From Antedon mediterranea (Eukaryota; Animalia; Echinodermata), in NCBI RefSeq assembly GCF_964355755.1, contig NC_092679.1, forward strand, positions 6,168,201 to 6,232,200: a DNA stretch of 64,000 nt. The letters run 5' to 3'. This document shows, one piece after another, positions 23,915-35,930 of the stretch. The translations under genes were made by a program, and so were the position numbers. The stretch's first letter is position 1. Every line of letters starts with the position of its first letter. The notes beneath the pieces are model-generated. The model searched no databases, was not told the DNA's origin, and saw nothing but the letters and a program-made list of their open reading frames with translations.

Positions 23915-24544
23915 TTACTTCTTGCCAGCCTTCTTTCTGGGAGACTTCTTTCTTGGAGATTTTGGCCTTTTCTTCGAAGCTTTCTTTGTTGGCGATTTCT
24001 TTACAGCCTTCTTTGACTTTACAGCAGCCTTCTTAATCTTAGATTTAGGCTTTTTTGCTTTTTTCGGAGATTTAGCTTTCTTTGGTTTCTTACTTGTTGC
24101 TTTCTTTTTCTTGCTCTTTGTTTTTGGTTTCTTAGCTTTCTTTGCCTTCATTGCGGCTCTCTTTGCTGCTGCTTTCAGTTTTGCTTGTGCGGCCTTTTTC
24201 TTTGCCTTCTCTTTCTTTGCTTTGGCAGCAGCGTCGGTCTTTACAGTCTTTACGTTTAGCTTGAAGGAACCATTGGCACCAACTCCTTTGACGTGGACGA
24301 ACCTGCCGCTGTTAACGCCTCGCTTCAGTGCCAACTTTAGATGGGTATTCATAGAAGCATCGACCTTAAAATTGGCCTGGATGTATTTGGCGATAGCCTG
24401 ACGAGAAGAACCACCACGCTCTTTCAATGCTCCGATTGCGGCAGCAATCATTGCATTATACGTTGGATGAGCGGCCTTCTTTGGCTTTGCTCTTGCCTTG
24501 GCCTTCTTTGGACTCTTCTTTGGACTCTTTCTTGGTGAAGACAT
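23915..24544 (-). CDS. H1: Linker histone H1, intronless, sperm-type-like (SPKK-rich)
   Basis: 209 aa. Globular domain HPTYNAMIAAAIGALKERGGSSRQAIAKYI...GVGANGSFKL, Lys/Ala-rich tail, SPRK/SPKK motifs at both termini, 3' stem-loop present. Confidence 0.97.
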   Translation of the reverse strand: MSSPRKSPKKSPKKAKARAKPKKAAHPTYNAMIAAAIGALKERGGSSRQAIAKYIQANFKVDASMNTHLKLALKRGVNSGRFVHVKGVGANGSFKLNVKTVKTDAAAKAKKEKAKKKAAQAKLKAAAKRAAMKAKKAKKPKTKSKKKKATSKKPKKAKSPKKAKKPKSKIKKAAVKSKKAVKKSPTKKASKKRPKSPRKKSPRKKAGKK

Positions 24545-24623
24545 TGCGAATACACTTTTGAAAGTTAAAACAAAACTTTTCGACGATGGAATTGCGAATA
24601 ATAAATTGTTTGCAATTCGCGCA

Positions 24624-24630
24624 ATTTATA
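24624..24630 (-). promoter_or_regulatory. Probable TATA box of the H1 gene
   Basis: Minus-strand TATAAAT about 80 nt upstream of the ATG, preceded by a CpG-rich patch. Confidence 0.55.
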
Positions 24631-26427
24631 GCTGATTTTGCGGACCGGGAATAAAAGAGACGCACGCGCTTGGGGTTCGCGCGCTGTATTATATTCAAGT
24701 GCAATTTTGTTTGACATTTTGTGCGAAACCAGTTATTTAATTGCTTTTAAATGCTATATTTAACTTAAATAAATGAATTTAATTAATTGATAAATATTCT
24801 TGATATATTTGACTTTCGTTTCGTTGAAATTAGTGACAAAATACAAATTAACGAATATGCATAATTTTGTTATAAACTTTTATCTATTTTTTTGGAAAAT
24901 TATATCTTTAAATTTACTTTAAAATTTTCATTTTTAAATTTTTATTATTAATGTTTTCATATATCTATCTAATATATTGATATTTTATTAATGTGCAGAC
25001 AAAAATTCACGTAAAAATATTGAATCTAACCGAAAATATTATGTATCAAAGTTTCAAGGGTAACACAACTGCACCCAAGAATATTTTGCAAAACATCAGA
25101 CCTCCCCACTCCATGTGTGGTACACACAAACCCGAAGTGGGGAATGGGGAATCGGTTTGAATTCGTGCCTTGTCCTTAAAAAATGCAGAATACGATACAT
25201 TAATGATTGTTATAATTCGATTTTAAATTAGTTTAGTAAATCATGGCTATATTCTATTTATTATTTGTTACGATACGAGTCGGCATAAGAGCGCCGAGTA
25301 GGGCCTACATATAAATAAATGAGGCTAGTATTGTAACTTTATTGTTCACAGACAGCAGCAGGCCGGTTAGTTAGTCCTAGAGTAACATTCTGTTTTGTGT
25401 ATACAGTAGTTATTTAAAAAACATTTTTTTTTGCATAGATTTATAGCTGACATAAGTCAGAACACTTCTGACAAGTTAAGTTGAATTATAAATAATTATA
25501 ATGATTATTTATACTGATACTAAAAAATATTATCTGATACTTTAAATAGTGAAAATTGTCTCGTTCTGATACTTGAGTATTTATTTAATTTTATTTACAT
25601 AACAAATCTTGATTTCGCTTATATTGTTCTTCATTCATCATTATTAAATTTATTTCTTTTTTATATTACACTTAAAATATACAAAACTAACAAACTGTAT
25701 AAAATTGATGACTTCTACTATTTTTAAAAGCTCCTTCCATGTTTGGACATTAAAAATGACCTATTAAAAAAAAAGAGGGACAACAGAATTATAGAAAGGT
25801 AAAAAGAGACTATATTGACTAATGTTCCAATTTAATTTTGCCATAATAATAGTCTATTATTATGGCAATATTGGAACATTATATTAGTCAATAGAATTTA
25901 TATAAGTAGTTGGAAGAAGGAGACTAGTAGAGGCACTCGATAAAATTAAGGCTCTGATTTTACCAGCGTCTGGAGATGGTAGACTACTTTGTTAGGGCAT
26001 AGAAACTGTCACGAGAGGGATGGCTTAGGGGCCTAATAATTGCTTTCTTCTTCCGTCTTTCGTCCTCAAGATTACACATGTATAACTAAAACACCAATAC
26101 AAGTTAGTTTTGCATTATTGATTTGTAAATTACTTCGCATCTGGTGCTCGTTGTGTTGCTTTATAGTATCCCTAATACCACTAAATAATAGTAGAGGTCA
26201 TCTGGAGTATTGTAGTATTAGTAGGCTAGGCCTGCTAGTAGGCCTACACTACGCACGGTTACGATCCTCTCGTTTCGATACAGGCCGAAATAAGGAGTAC
26301 GCCCCCATCATCCATTCAAAGTCAAACTCTTGTATGTAGGCCTAGTCCACTGGTGTAGCAGGGCATAGTATCCGCTTCGTCCGTCAGTGGCGGTGGGAGG
26401 TTTATTGCAGTATTCAGCCGCGAAGAA

Positions 26428-29400
26428 ATGGCATTGGAAGCGCAGACCATCATAGGCATAGGAAAGGGATTTACACCTTCTGCCATGGAAAATTCACTTC
26501 AACCTATTTCTGGTTTTGAGGATAATTTTGATCCATTCGGAATTTCCAAGCAAGAAAATGCAATCAAGAAAAAATTACCAGTTCTCGAAAGAAGAAAATC
26601 TGAGGATTACTTGGCTTCATTGGGTAAGTAAAAGGGCTAGTTTTTTTTATTTAAAAGTTTACAATACAATGTATATTTAATATTACTATTTTTATTAGGC
26701 CTATTTTATTATATTATTAAATAAGAAAGTGGTTCTACTATACTAAGTTATTAGGGCCTAGTGAGTACTAGATAGTAGTACTAGTAGTATTATACTGTTG
26801 GGTTACATTTTTTCCTTTTCATAATATCAGTAAGCAAAAATAAAAATCAGAGAAATAAAAAAGTATGTGATTTTTTTTTGTTCTTTATTATTTAATATTA
26901 ACTATATATTTTTAAAATTCAAATAATCAATTCAAATTAATTGTTTACTCATTATTTTTTGTATTATAATATTAGTGTATTTTGAAAAAACAGGACAATT
27001 TTTAAAAATTTTTTTTATATTAATAAAATAGATAAAATACTTATATTAATAGGCCTACTAACCTACTGTAAACAAACATATACACTGTCAGATTTGATAT
27101 GGTGCAAAGTCTATGATTTATAAATTTGTTACGGTCACTTAAATTTCCCACATATTGCAATTGTGCTGTACTATGACCATCAATATTTATGGACAATAAT
27201 CTAACGACAAGTTAGTAAATAGATCAGTAACTTAGCAAGAGTACAGTTGGTCTGCATTATTAAAATGTGAAGTGAAATTTATTAATATTGAATTGCTAAC
27301 AAATTAGTGAAGTATAGTGAGATTATGTTACATAGATTTAGTTAGTGGTTGCTGTAGACTATATTATTAATTTCCTGTTTTGTGTATTATATTAATGATT
27401 TTATGTTAATTTAAAGGAAATATTCTATTTCTTAAGACTATGATAACATTTACCTTTAGCCTATATATATGATTCAATTGGGTATTGCTACAGTAAACAC
27501 CGCAACCCCCGCAAACCTCCAAAAAAACATAGCAAACCCCATCGAACCAACATAAAAGTGATTGAATCATGTAGTGTACAACCCACTGGGTATATCCATG
27601 TAAAAAAAAAATTTAATTTCTACTGTTAACAACTTATTTTTGGGGTAAAACATCATTTTTTGGTCAAAAATGATTGCTAAACCCCGCAAACCTCCAAAAA
27701 ACCATAGCAAACCCCACCGAACCAACATAAAAGTGATTGAATAATGTAGTGTACAACCCACTGGGTATATAAATTATTAAATTTCTACTGTTAACTACTT
27801 ATTTTTGGGGATAAAACATAATTTTTTGGTTAAAAATTAGCAATCATTTTTGACCAAAAAATGATGTTTTACCCCAAAAATAATTAGTTAACAGTAAAAA
27901 TGTATTATTTTTTTTACATGGATATACCCAGTGGGTTGTACACTACATGATTCAATCACTTTTATGTTGGTTCGATGGGGTTTGCTATGTTTTTTTGGAG
28001 GTTTGCGGTGTTTAGCAATACCCATTCAATTCATCATTTTCTTGAACATATATTTTGACGGATGTGTGTGTGTTATTTGCACTGTATCAATCAATCTCTT
28101 TTATTCATCTCATTAAAGTAAAACAAATTTAAATAAGATGAAAGGGACCTCCAGGAAAAACCCCAAGGGGATTGTGATAGGATCCCACAAAAAACCAATT
28201 ACATTAAGATTAAAAATAAATAACCTGTATAGACAATAGACCATGATAGGGATAAACAGGGGGCGCGCATTGTTTAAAGGTGTATTGTCCCCCAAAATCA
28301 TGAAAAATGAAAATTACTAAAATCAGACTTTGAATATTTTTTCAAGTGAATCACTTGAGGAGTATAAAATAAATCTGAAAAAAATAATGTTTTCACTTAT
28401 AAAATGACAAAATAAACCAAATCAACCAAAAATCCAATTTTACTATTTTTTGCTTTAAATTACAGTTATTTTCAGGTAAATAATTTGTTTTGATCCAATT
28501 TTTGGTCAAAATGGATAACAATTATTTTACATTAAAATTGCATATTCAACAACAACAACAACAACATTTTTTTTAGGGGGACAATACATCTTTAAGGAAT
28601 AGCATTGCCAGGATGCGATATTTAATTTTGTAAATAAGTTTGGGACCCCTCATAAAAAGTCACAAAATAAACATGAATATTCATTAGTCACATCCATAAA
28701 GGTGTGACGTAAGAATTGAGCTAACTACAATTCTCTAATGCAAACGATTTCGGTCGAGCCGTTTGTGTAGTCCAGTGGATAAGACTATGGACTTTACATG
28801 TCGTTTTATGGGGTTCGACTCCAATGAGCTACTTCTTTTACTTTTTTATAGTGAGAGAGGTTTAGTTATATTTAGGAAGTAGTTCAGCTATCTTTCACGT
28901 GGGGTCCCCAACTTATGTACAAAAATAAAATCGCTGTAACGACAACCACTGGCATAATACTGTAAAACCTCGAAAAGAAGCCCATGGGCTTCTTTTTTAG
29001 TGCTCTTGGGTGGGCTTCTTTTCAAGATGGGCTTCTTTTCGAGCTGGGCTTCTTTTCGAGAGTACTTTTGCAAACTGTAGAGGGGGGCTTCTTTTCGAAA
29101 TGAATGCTGTAAATTTTGTGAATTTCTACTACAATAATGTGACTTTTGAGACATTTTTTCAACCATGAAATTATGTTTAATATACCAATTAAAAAACAAT
29201 ATAAAAAGCAAAAAAACAGTCCTATGATTCACCGTCAAATACAATAATTTCGTCATCATCTCAATACAGTATGAGTAGTCTATCTCGAAATGAAGCCCAT
29301 ACTATCTTGAAAAGAAGCCCAGGGGGCTTCATTTCGAGATGGACTTCTTTTCGAGAGTACTTTTGCAAACTGTAGAGAGGGGCTTCTTTTCGAGATGGCC

Positions 29401-32400
29401 TTCTTTTTGAGGTTTAAGCCCATGAGCTTCTTTTCGAGGTTTTACGGTATTATACTGTATATATTTGGCCACGTTGCTTAGTATAAATATAGTATGATTG
29501 GTTGGTTGTTCATAGTCATAGTGGTTCTTTTTTATTTAAAACTGATTAAATTTGCAATCAGAATTAAAAACAATGCAAACATCAGTAAATTACCTTCTTG
29601 TTTTATTATTTTATTGCAATTTCTATCTGTTTGTCAATGGATGAATGGATTATCACCAGAGTCAACTTGCTATTGGAGGTTTCTTTGCTATCCCTGTCAA
29701 ATTAAAAATATTTCTTACAAAAAAAACGCCGCTCACTTGTTGACGTAACAGTTTTAAATATATATTGTCAGCAAATGTTTTCATAGACTCTCTTCTCCCA
29801 GACATGCGTTAAGGTTTAATTTGAACATGGCCCATCCTAGTTTACAAATTATCAAAACGTCAGCCTCTAGAACTATAACTTGCTGCTTGATAGCTTCTGA
29901 ATATTGTAGTATGCTGGGGATGTAGCTGGCTAAAGCAGCAGCGTGAAAATGAAAAAAAATATAGCAGCCTGTGAATATGTGATTAATTTACAACAACCCA
30001 AGGAGTGATGGTGCATCTTTAAAGCAATCAAATAATATACATAATGTACAGTACACTAACTTTTCCATTAGTGATGGAAGTTAATTCCCTTTAATACTAA
30101 TTACTAAATACTGTATTAGTGCCACGCCCCCTGGTAAAAAGAGGCACAGGTCAAAGGTCACTTACTCAATTAGCAAATTATGATCCCCAACAGAGATGAC
30201 TCAATTATTGAGACACAAACACAAGGGATAATTTCTACAACAATTTTGATTAGAAATTTTTGCTATGTTAATCAAAATTAATACTGATTAGCAAAACTCA
30301 GTTTTTCCGCAGCAAGTTTTTATAATAAAAAATATGATAGTGCCAGAATTAGAGTAGACATAGAGAATTTCATTTTTTGCGACAGTTTGAGTTATACATT
30401 CATCCCAAATTTATAATATACCTAGGCCTAAACCATATTAGTAGCACATAGTAAGTGAAATATTGTAATAATCAATTTTTTGTGTGCCTTAGTAATAAAA
30501 ATAGTCATGTTATATGATTGATATACTGTATAAGTTGTTTTAAATCTGTGTATAAACTGAATAAAGGTTTTTAAAATTAATGTAATTGGGAGCATGTATA
30601 GGGTTCAATCCTAGGTACAGTATGTAACTCTTTCAGCTCTACTCCCTAAGCCTCAAATAAGATTTAGTTTTTTTTAAATGTATTTATTCTTTATACTGGG
30701 TAGGGTATACTGTTCTCCCAGAGGGCCCAGAGTTTGTGACAGTGGCTGTACTGTATGTTAACTAGTACACCGGGGTAACCGCCTACTCATCTCAAAAGAT
30801 GTACTAGGTTCTTTAAAGTGCGTATAGAGCCAGATGATGTGTACACTGGACCTACAGTTTATAGTCCTTATCCGAGAAGACTTGTTCTACCACCAGAACC
30901 ATGGAGCGAGTTAGCCTCGAACCCTTGCCGATATTATGGCTATGCATTACGGTTCCACTGTCTTAATCACTCGATCACTCGCTCATAGTTTATAAGCACG
31001 ATAAATTATAAAATAGTTTATTATCCATCCTGTAATTGGCGAGTTGCTAAAAAATGCATGAAATAATAATAAATTTTTTTAATGCAGAGAGTTGTACCCT
31101 CCAATCCCACATATGGAAATAAAGATGATTTTATTCATTTATTACCTGATGGTGATTCACATTGTAGACATGATGTCTATTTAATGTTGTCTAAAACAGA
31201 AAAACAAAACTTGGTCATAGATCGTTTTCTTTTGCAGCACCCACACTCTGGAATTCACTCCCCCCACAAATTAAACACTGCTCTTCTGTTACCTTATTAC
31301 CTTTAAAAAGTTGCTCAAAACTCATTTTTTCGACCACTAACATGCCCAGCGCCTTTGATTTTGTACCTCGGTCTTTGAATTGACGCTTTATAAATATTGA
31401 TATAATAATATAATAATAATAATATAATTTATCTGCCATGTCCCCGGCCATGTCTATGCATAAATATTTGATGAGAAATACTGTATAATAATCAGATTTC
31501 CACGATTGTTTTGTGGTGTATGATGCTGACACTGATTTTCAAAGTTCAATATTACAAAAAATTGCTTTTTAATTTCCGGTAACTGATCTCAGCTGGTCCT
31601 CGGGGGACATTTTGATAACATTGGTTTTACATGACCCGTTACAGTAGGTGCAGGAACGCTTGCCTACAGTAGTAGTAGCAATTGAATTTGATTTTTCATT
31701 TGAGTTTTATTAATCAAAACCAATAATGTAATTTCTCCAATTGAAAAACTTGGCGACACCCATCAAAATAGGCAAGTTACTAATTTATAAAAAAGTTATC
31801 ACTAAGTATTTTAATATTACTGTAGTACTGTATTTGTAACACATACACATTCTAAGAAATTAATATGTTTTATTATAATTAATAGATCGTTTTACTTGTT
31901 TTTATAACTATTGTTTTATAGCTATTATTGAAAAACTAAAATACATTTTAAAGAATACAGTACATTATTTATTTTAATTTTATTTTATTCATACTCATTC
32001 AACAGTGTAAAACCCGCCCCTTACAGAATGGAATAAACTATACCATATAAATATATATAAATCTTAAAACCTAACAATACAAATTTAAACAATTTTACTA
32101 ATTTTATTAAAAAACAATTATAACTGTCAAAAAAGAGATCAATAGAATTATCTTTAACAACACAATTATTAAAAAGAAGACAAATACGTGAGATAAATCC
32201 ATTCTTGGTAACATTGACACGACAATACGGCACATAAAGAAGATTACATTTGGAATTACGAGTACGACAACCAACAGCTTTAACATGAAAGGAAAACAAG
32301 GAGATAAAATTACAATTGAAACGGGAATTCATACATTTATACAAAAACTGAAGATTGAAAATGGAACGACGAGAGACAAGAGAAGGAAGAGAGACAGACA

Positions 32401-32856
32401 AAGGAGGACAGTGACAAGTAGAATACACAAAACGAACAAAACGATCTTGGACTCTTTATAATTAGTTTAATTACAATTATTTTGTTATTATTAATTTTAA
32501 TGCACAGTAACACCATAAGTTGTATATTGCTTCTTACAGAATCTAAACTAGAAAGATTGAAACATACTTCAAGAAATGCATGCTCAAAAGAAATGATTCG
32601 ATCACTTCAAGCTGCAAAAGAAGGAACTGTTAAACAGCTTGTTATGACCAGCCAAGATTTAATCATTGATGATGGTATAAACGAAGAAGAAATGCACTCA
32701 AGCATAGTAAAGAGACGAATGTTTCCTGAACAAGCACGTACCATGGAGGAGGTCCAGTGTTTAGTTGAAAAAGATTATCTTAATAAATATTCACAAGAAT
32801 CTAAACTGGCAAGTAAAAGGAAGATGCTACAAAGAAGCAAATCATGTGCTACTTGA
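26428..32856 (+). CDS. CCDC32: Coiled-coil domain-containing protein 32-like, about 170 aa, 2 coding exons
   Basis: Exons 26428-26623 and 32540-32856 joined by a phase-1 GT-AG intron. The join gives SEDYLASLESKLERLK...SKEMIRSLQAAKE...KRRMFPEQARTMEEVQCLV, matching CCDC32 motifs as recalled (SEVYLASLEKKL, SKDMLRTLAQAK, EEVQYLI). Confidence 0.85.
27480..28023. mobile_element. Foldback-type non-autonomous DNA transposon with 8-bp TSD
   Basis: Termini GGGTATTGCTA / TAGCAATACCC. TSD ATTCAATT at 27472-27479 and 28024-28031. Body is two direct ~180-bp units plus one inverted unit. Confidence 0.8.
28278..28591. mobile_element. TTAA-site MITE (Kolobok-like), family A
   Basis: TTAA-AGGTGTATTGTCCCCC ... 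GGGGGACAATACATCT-TTAA; homologous to 5620-5941. Confidence 0.8.
28960..29447. mobile_element. Tc1/mariner-type MITE
   Basis: TA-CTGTAAAACCTCGAAAAGAAGCCCATGGGCT ... AGCCCATGAGCTTCTTTTCGAGGTTTTACGG-TA, with internal GGGCTTCTTTTCGAG repeats. Confidence 0.8.
30595..31047. mobile_element. SINE (+) interrupted by a Nin/Deu-type SINE (-, about 30680-30985)
   Basis: The two halves match the contiguous copy at 15960-16150. The insert matches 12943-13312. Confidence 0.7.
31150..31425 (+). mobile_element. L2-like LINE 3' fragment
   Basis: Translates RSFSFAAPTLWNSLP at about 31220-31263 and ends in an (AAT)n tail. Confidence 0.65.
31965..32455 (-). mobile_element. 5'-truncated CR1-like LINE
   Basis: ORF remnant LPSLVSRRSIFNLQFLYKCMN...RTRNSK...CRVNVTKNGFISRICLLFN resembles an RT ORF C-terminus. 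A-rich tail follows. Confidence 0.7.
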
Positions 32857-32865
32857 TTTCAAACA

Positions 32866-33116
32866 TGTACCGATACCATGGAGGAGGTACCGATACCCTG
32901 GAGAAGGTACCGATACCAAAAAAGGAGGTACCGATACCATGGAGTAAGTACCGATACCATGGAGTAGGTACCGATACCATGGAGTAGGTTCCGATACCAT
33001 GGAGGAGATACCGATACCATGGAGGAGGTACCGATATTATGGAGGAGGTACCAATACCATGGAGTAGGTACCGATACCATGAAGAAGGTACAGCACCAAT
33101 ACCATGGAGGAGGTAC
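32866..33116. repeat. 20-bp minisatellite just after the CCDC32 stop codon, about 12 copies
   Basis: Unit GTACCGATACCATGGAGGAG with variants. Confidence 0.95.
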
Positions 33117-33674
33117 AAAGTTGAAAACCATCAGGTTTACTTTCACTCTCCAACACAGGACATTTTATTCACAATGCATCGTTTCTTAGAAATGTCAAAT
33201 GTTTTAAAGAAAAGAATAAGGAACTCACAAGTCTTGAATATTGAGTCCAGATAAATGGAAAATACTGGAAATAGTCATCTTCCATGACCTGGATTAAACG
33301 TTATATTACAGTGGACTCTCATTGAGACATTTGTTGGAAAATATTATCTAGAGTATTTTTAAATAAATTCTAGTTTTGTTGTTATAAAGCTTTTGTAGAA
33401 AACAATTGTGCAATGAATAAGTGGTTGAATCAATGAAGATAATTTTGTAAAAATGTTAACAAATCTATCTAGTCTTTGTTTTTCTAAGTGAAACAATTGT
33501 AACATTCAGTGTTTTTTTAAAACAGTTATGTGTTTACAAATTCAAAGAAAATATTCCAAATGTCATAAAACATACCTCAGAAACACATATTCAGATTACT
33601 TTTGTATTTTTAAAATATATATTTGTTTATTGCACGATTTGCTTGTCTTTTATCTTTTCTGTAGCCTATAGAAA

Positions 33675-34915
33675 TCTCATCTTATTCCCTCATCTCCTAT
33701 TCCCTCATCTCCTATTCCTTTAATTCCCACATTTTTAATTCCACATATCTGACTTGATTCCCAAATATCTGATTTCCATATCTGATTCCCACTTATTCCA
33801 TTCCCACATCTCTGATTCCCTACATTTCTGATTGTCACATTATATCTGATTCCCATATCTGATTCCCACTTATCCAATTCCCACATCTCTGATTGTCACA
33901 TTTCTGATTCCCATATCTGATTCCCACTTATTCCATTCCCACATCTCTGATTCCCTACATTTCTGATTGTCACATTATATCTGATTCCCATTTCTGATTC
34001 CCACTTATCCAATTCCCACATCTCTGATTGTCACATTTCTGATTCCCAAATATCTGATTCCCATATCTGATTCCCACTTATTCCATTCCCACATCTCTGA
34101 TTCCCTACATTTCTGATTGTCACATTATATCTGATTCCCATATCTGATTCCCACTTATCCAATTCCCACATCTCTGATTGTCACATTTCTGATTCCCAAA
34201 TATCTGATTCCCATAACTGATTCCCACTTATTCCATTCCCACATCTCGGATTCCCTACATTTCTGATTGTCACATTATATCTGAATCTCATATTTCTGAT
34301 TCCAACATTTCTGATTCCCACATATGTTATTCCCACATATCTGATTCTCAAATATCTGACTCCCATATGTGATTCCTACATTTCTGATTCCCACATCTCT
34401 GATTCCGACATTTCTGATTGTCGCATTATATCTGATTCCCATAATTCTGATTCCAACATTTCTGATTCCCACATATGTTATTCCCACATATCTGATTCTC
34501 AAATATCTGACTCCCATATGCGATTCCTACATTTCTGATTCCCACATCTCCAGCTCTGATTCCCACATTTCTGCTTGTCCCATTATATCTGATTCCCATA
34601 TTTCTGATTCCAACATTTCTGATTCCCACATATGTTATTCCCACATATCTGATTCTCAAATATCTGACTCCCATATGTGATTCCTACATTTCTGATTCCC
34701 ACATCTCTGATTCCCACATCTTTGATTCCCACATTTCTGATTCCCACATTTCTGATTGTCACATTATATCTGATTCCCATATTTCTGATTCCAACATTTC
34801 TGATTCCCACATATGTTATTCCCACATATCTGATTCTCAAATATCTGACTCCCATATGTGATTCCTACATTTCTGATTCCCACATCTCTGATTCCCACCT
34901 TTCTGATTCCCACAT
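33675..34915. repeat. Compound minisatellite of ~13-16-bp TCTGATTCCCACAT units with ~150-bp higher-order periodicity
   Basis: Direct inspection. Identical false peptide starts at 34366, 34517, 34674 and 34855 mark the higher-order period. Confidence 0.92.
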
Positions 34916-35560
34916 AACGGCCATATATTACAGTACTGTATTTTCTTTTATATTTGTTCTTTTAAGTTGCTGCGTTTACCTTATTTTTATGTATTCAATT
35001 TCATCTCACCAGTACTTTACATTACGTTTCAAATATCACAGATGTGTATATTACATATTTATACTAAATATTTTCATTACAAGAACATATCTTTCAATAT
35101 TTTATTGTTTTGTACAAAGTAAAATATATTATTTTGTAATACGTAATTGCTCCAATGTTGTATTTAATAAGGCCTAAAAACTGGTTTGTTCTCTTTAAAA
35201 TATGTTTTTATACTAGCAGTTTGATAGATTTGCAAAACACCTGACTGTACATGTTTTAATTTTTAGACACGATGAAATTGAGTCTGTGTTCTTTGTGGTA
35301 TATATTTTCCATTCAAACGGTGTGTTCATAAAAAAAAACAAACCCGTTTTTAGGCCCAAAGCTACGTACGTTCACACTGTACCAATACAGATTCTGTTTT
35401 CTGTGTAATTGAACACTGAAAGGGTTTCCACCTCCGGACCGATGCCGGATCAATGTGAACGCTAGCTTTATTGTGACTAAATGATGTACAGCTGATTAAA
35501 GACAATTTATGATAAATACCGTTTCTTCTACTCTTTTTTTCTCTGTAATTTACATATTTA

Positions 35561-35930
35561 AGGCCCATTTACACTAGGATGACGATCGACGATAAATATA
35601 AAAGCATGAATTTTGTTTAAAACCAAAGAAATTCGAAAGGTTTTTGTTCTAGAACTATAGGATAATCATTTATGCTGTCTTTGATAAAAATAATATTTTA
35701 AAAATTCCATTCAAATGACGTCATGATAAATAAAAACAATAAGATCGTTGTATTTTCACGATATTATTGCTCTTACTAATCATGACAAAAATATAATTTT
35801 CATCAGACAGCATAAATGATTATTCTATAGTTCTAGAATGAACAGTTTTTATTTTTCTTTGTTTTATGTATGAAAAATGCATATTTGTCTATTTATCGTC
35901 GATCGTTACCGTCCTAGTGTAAATGGGCCT
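35561..35930. mobile_element. Largely palindromic Harbinger-like MITE
   Basis: TIR AGGCCCATTTACACTAGGA, TTA TSD on both sides, extended internal inverted symmetry. Confidence 0.8.

Noticed and set aside
23838-24401. 187-aa Phe/Ala-rich plus-strand ORF resembling a membrane protein
   Set aside because: Antisense shadow of the Lys/Ala codons of histone H1.
28765-28822. tRNA gene
   Set aside because: A/B-box-like motifs only, stems do not pair, and it lies within a repeat.
32849-34855. Repetitive ORFs (PPPWYRYLLHGIGT, GIRNVGIR)
   Set aside because: Translations of minisatellites with no splice or homology support.
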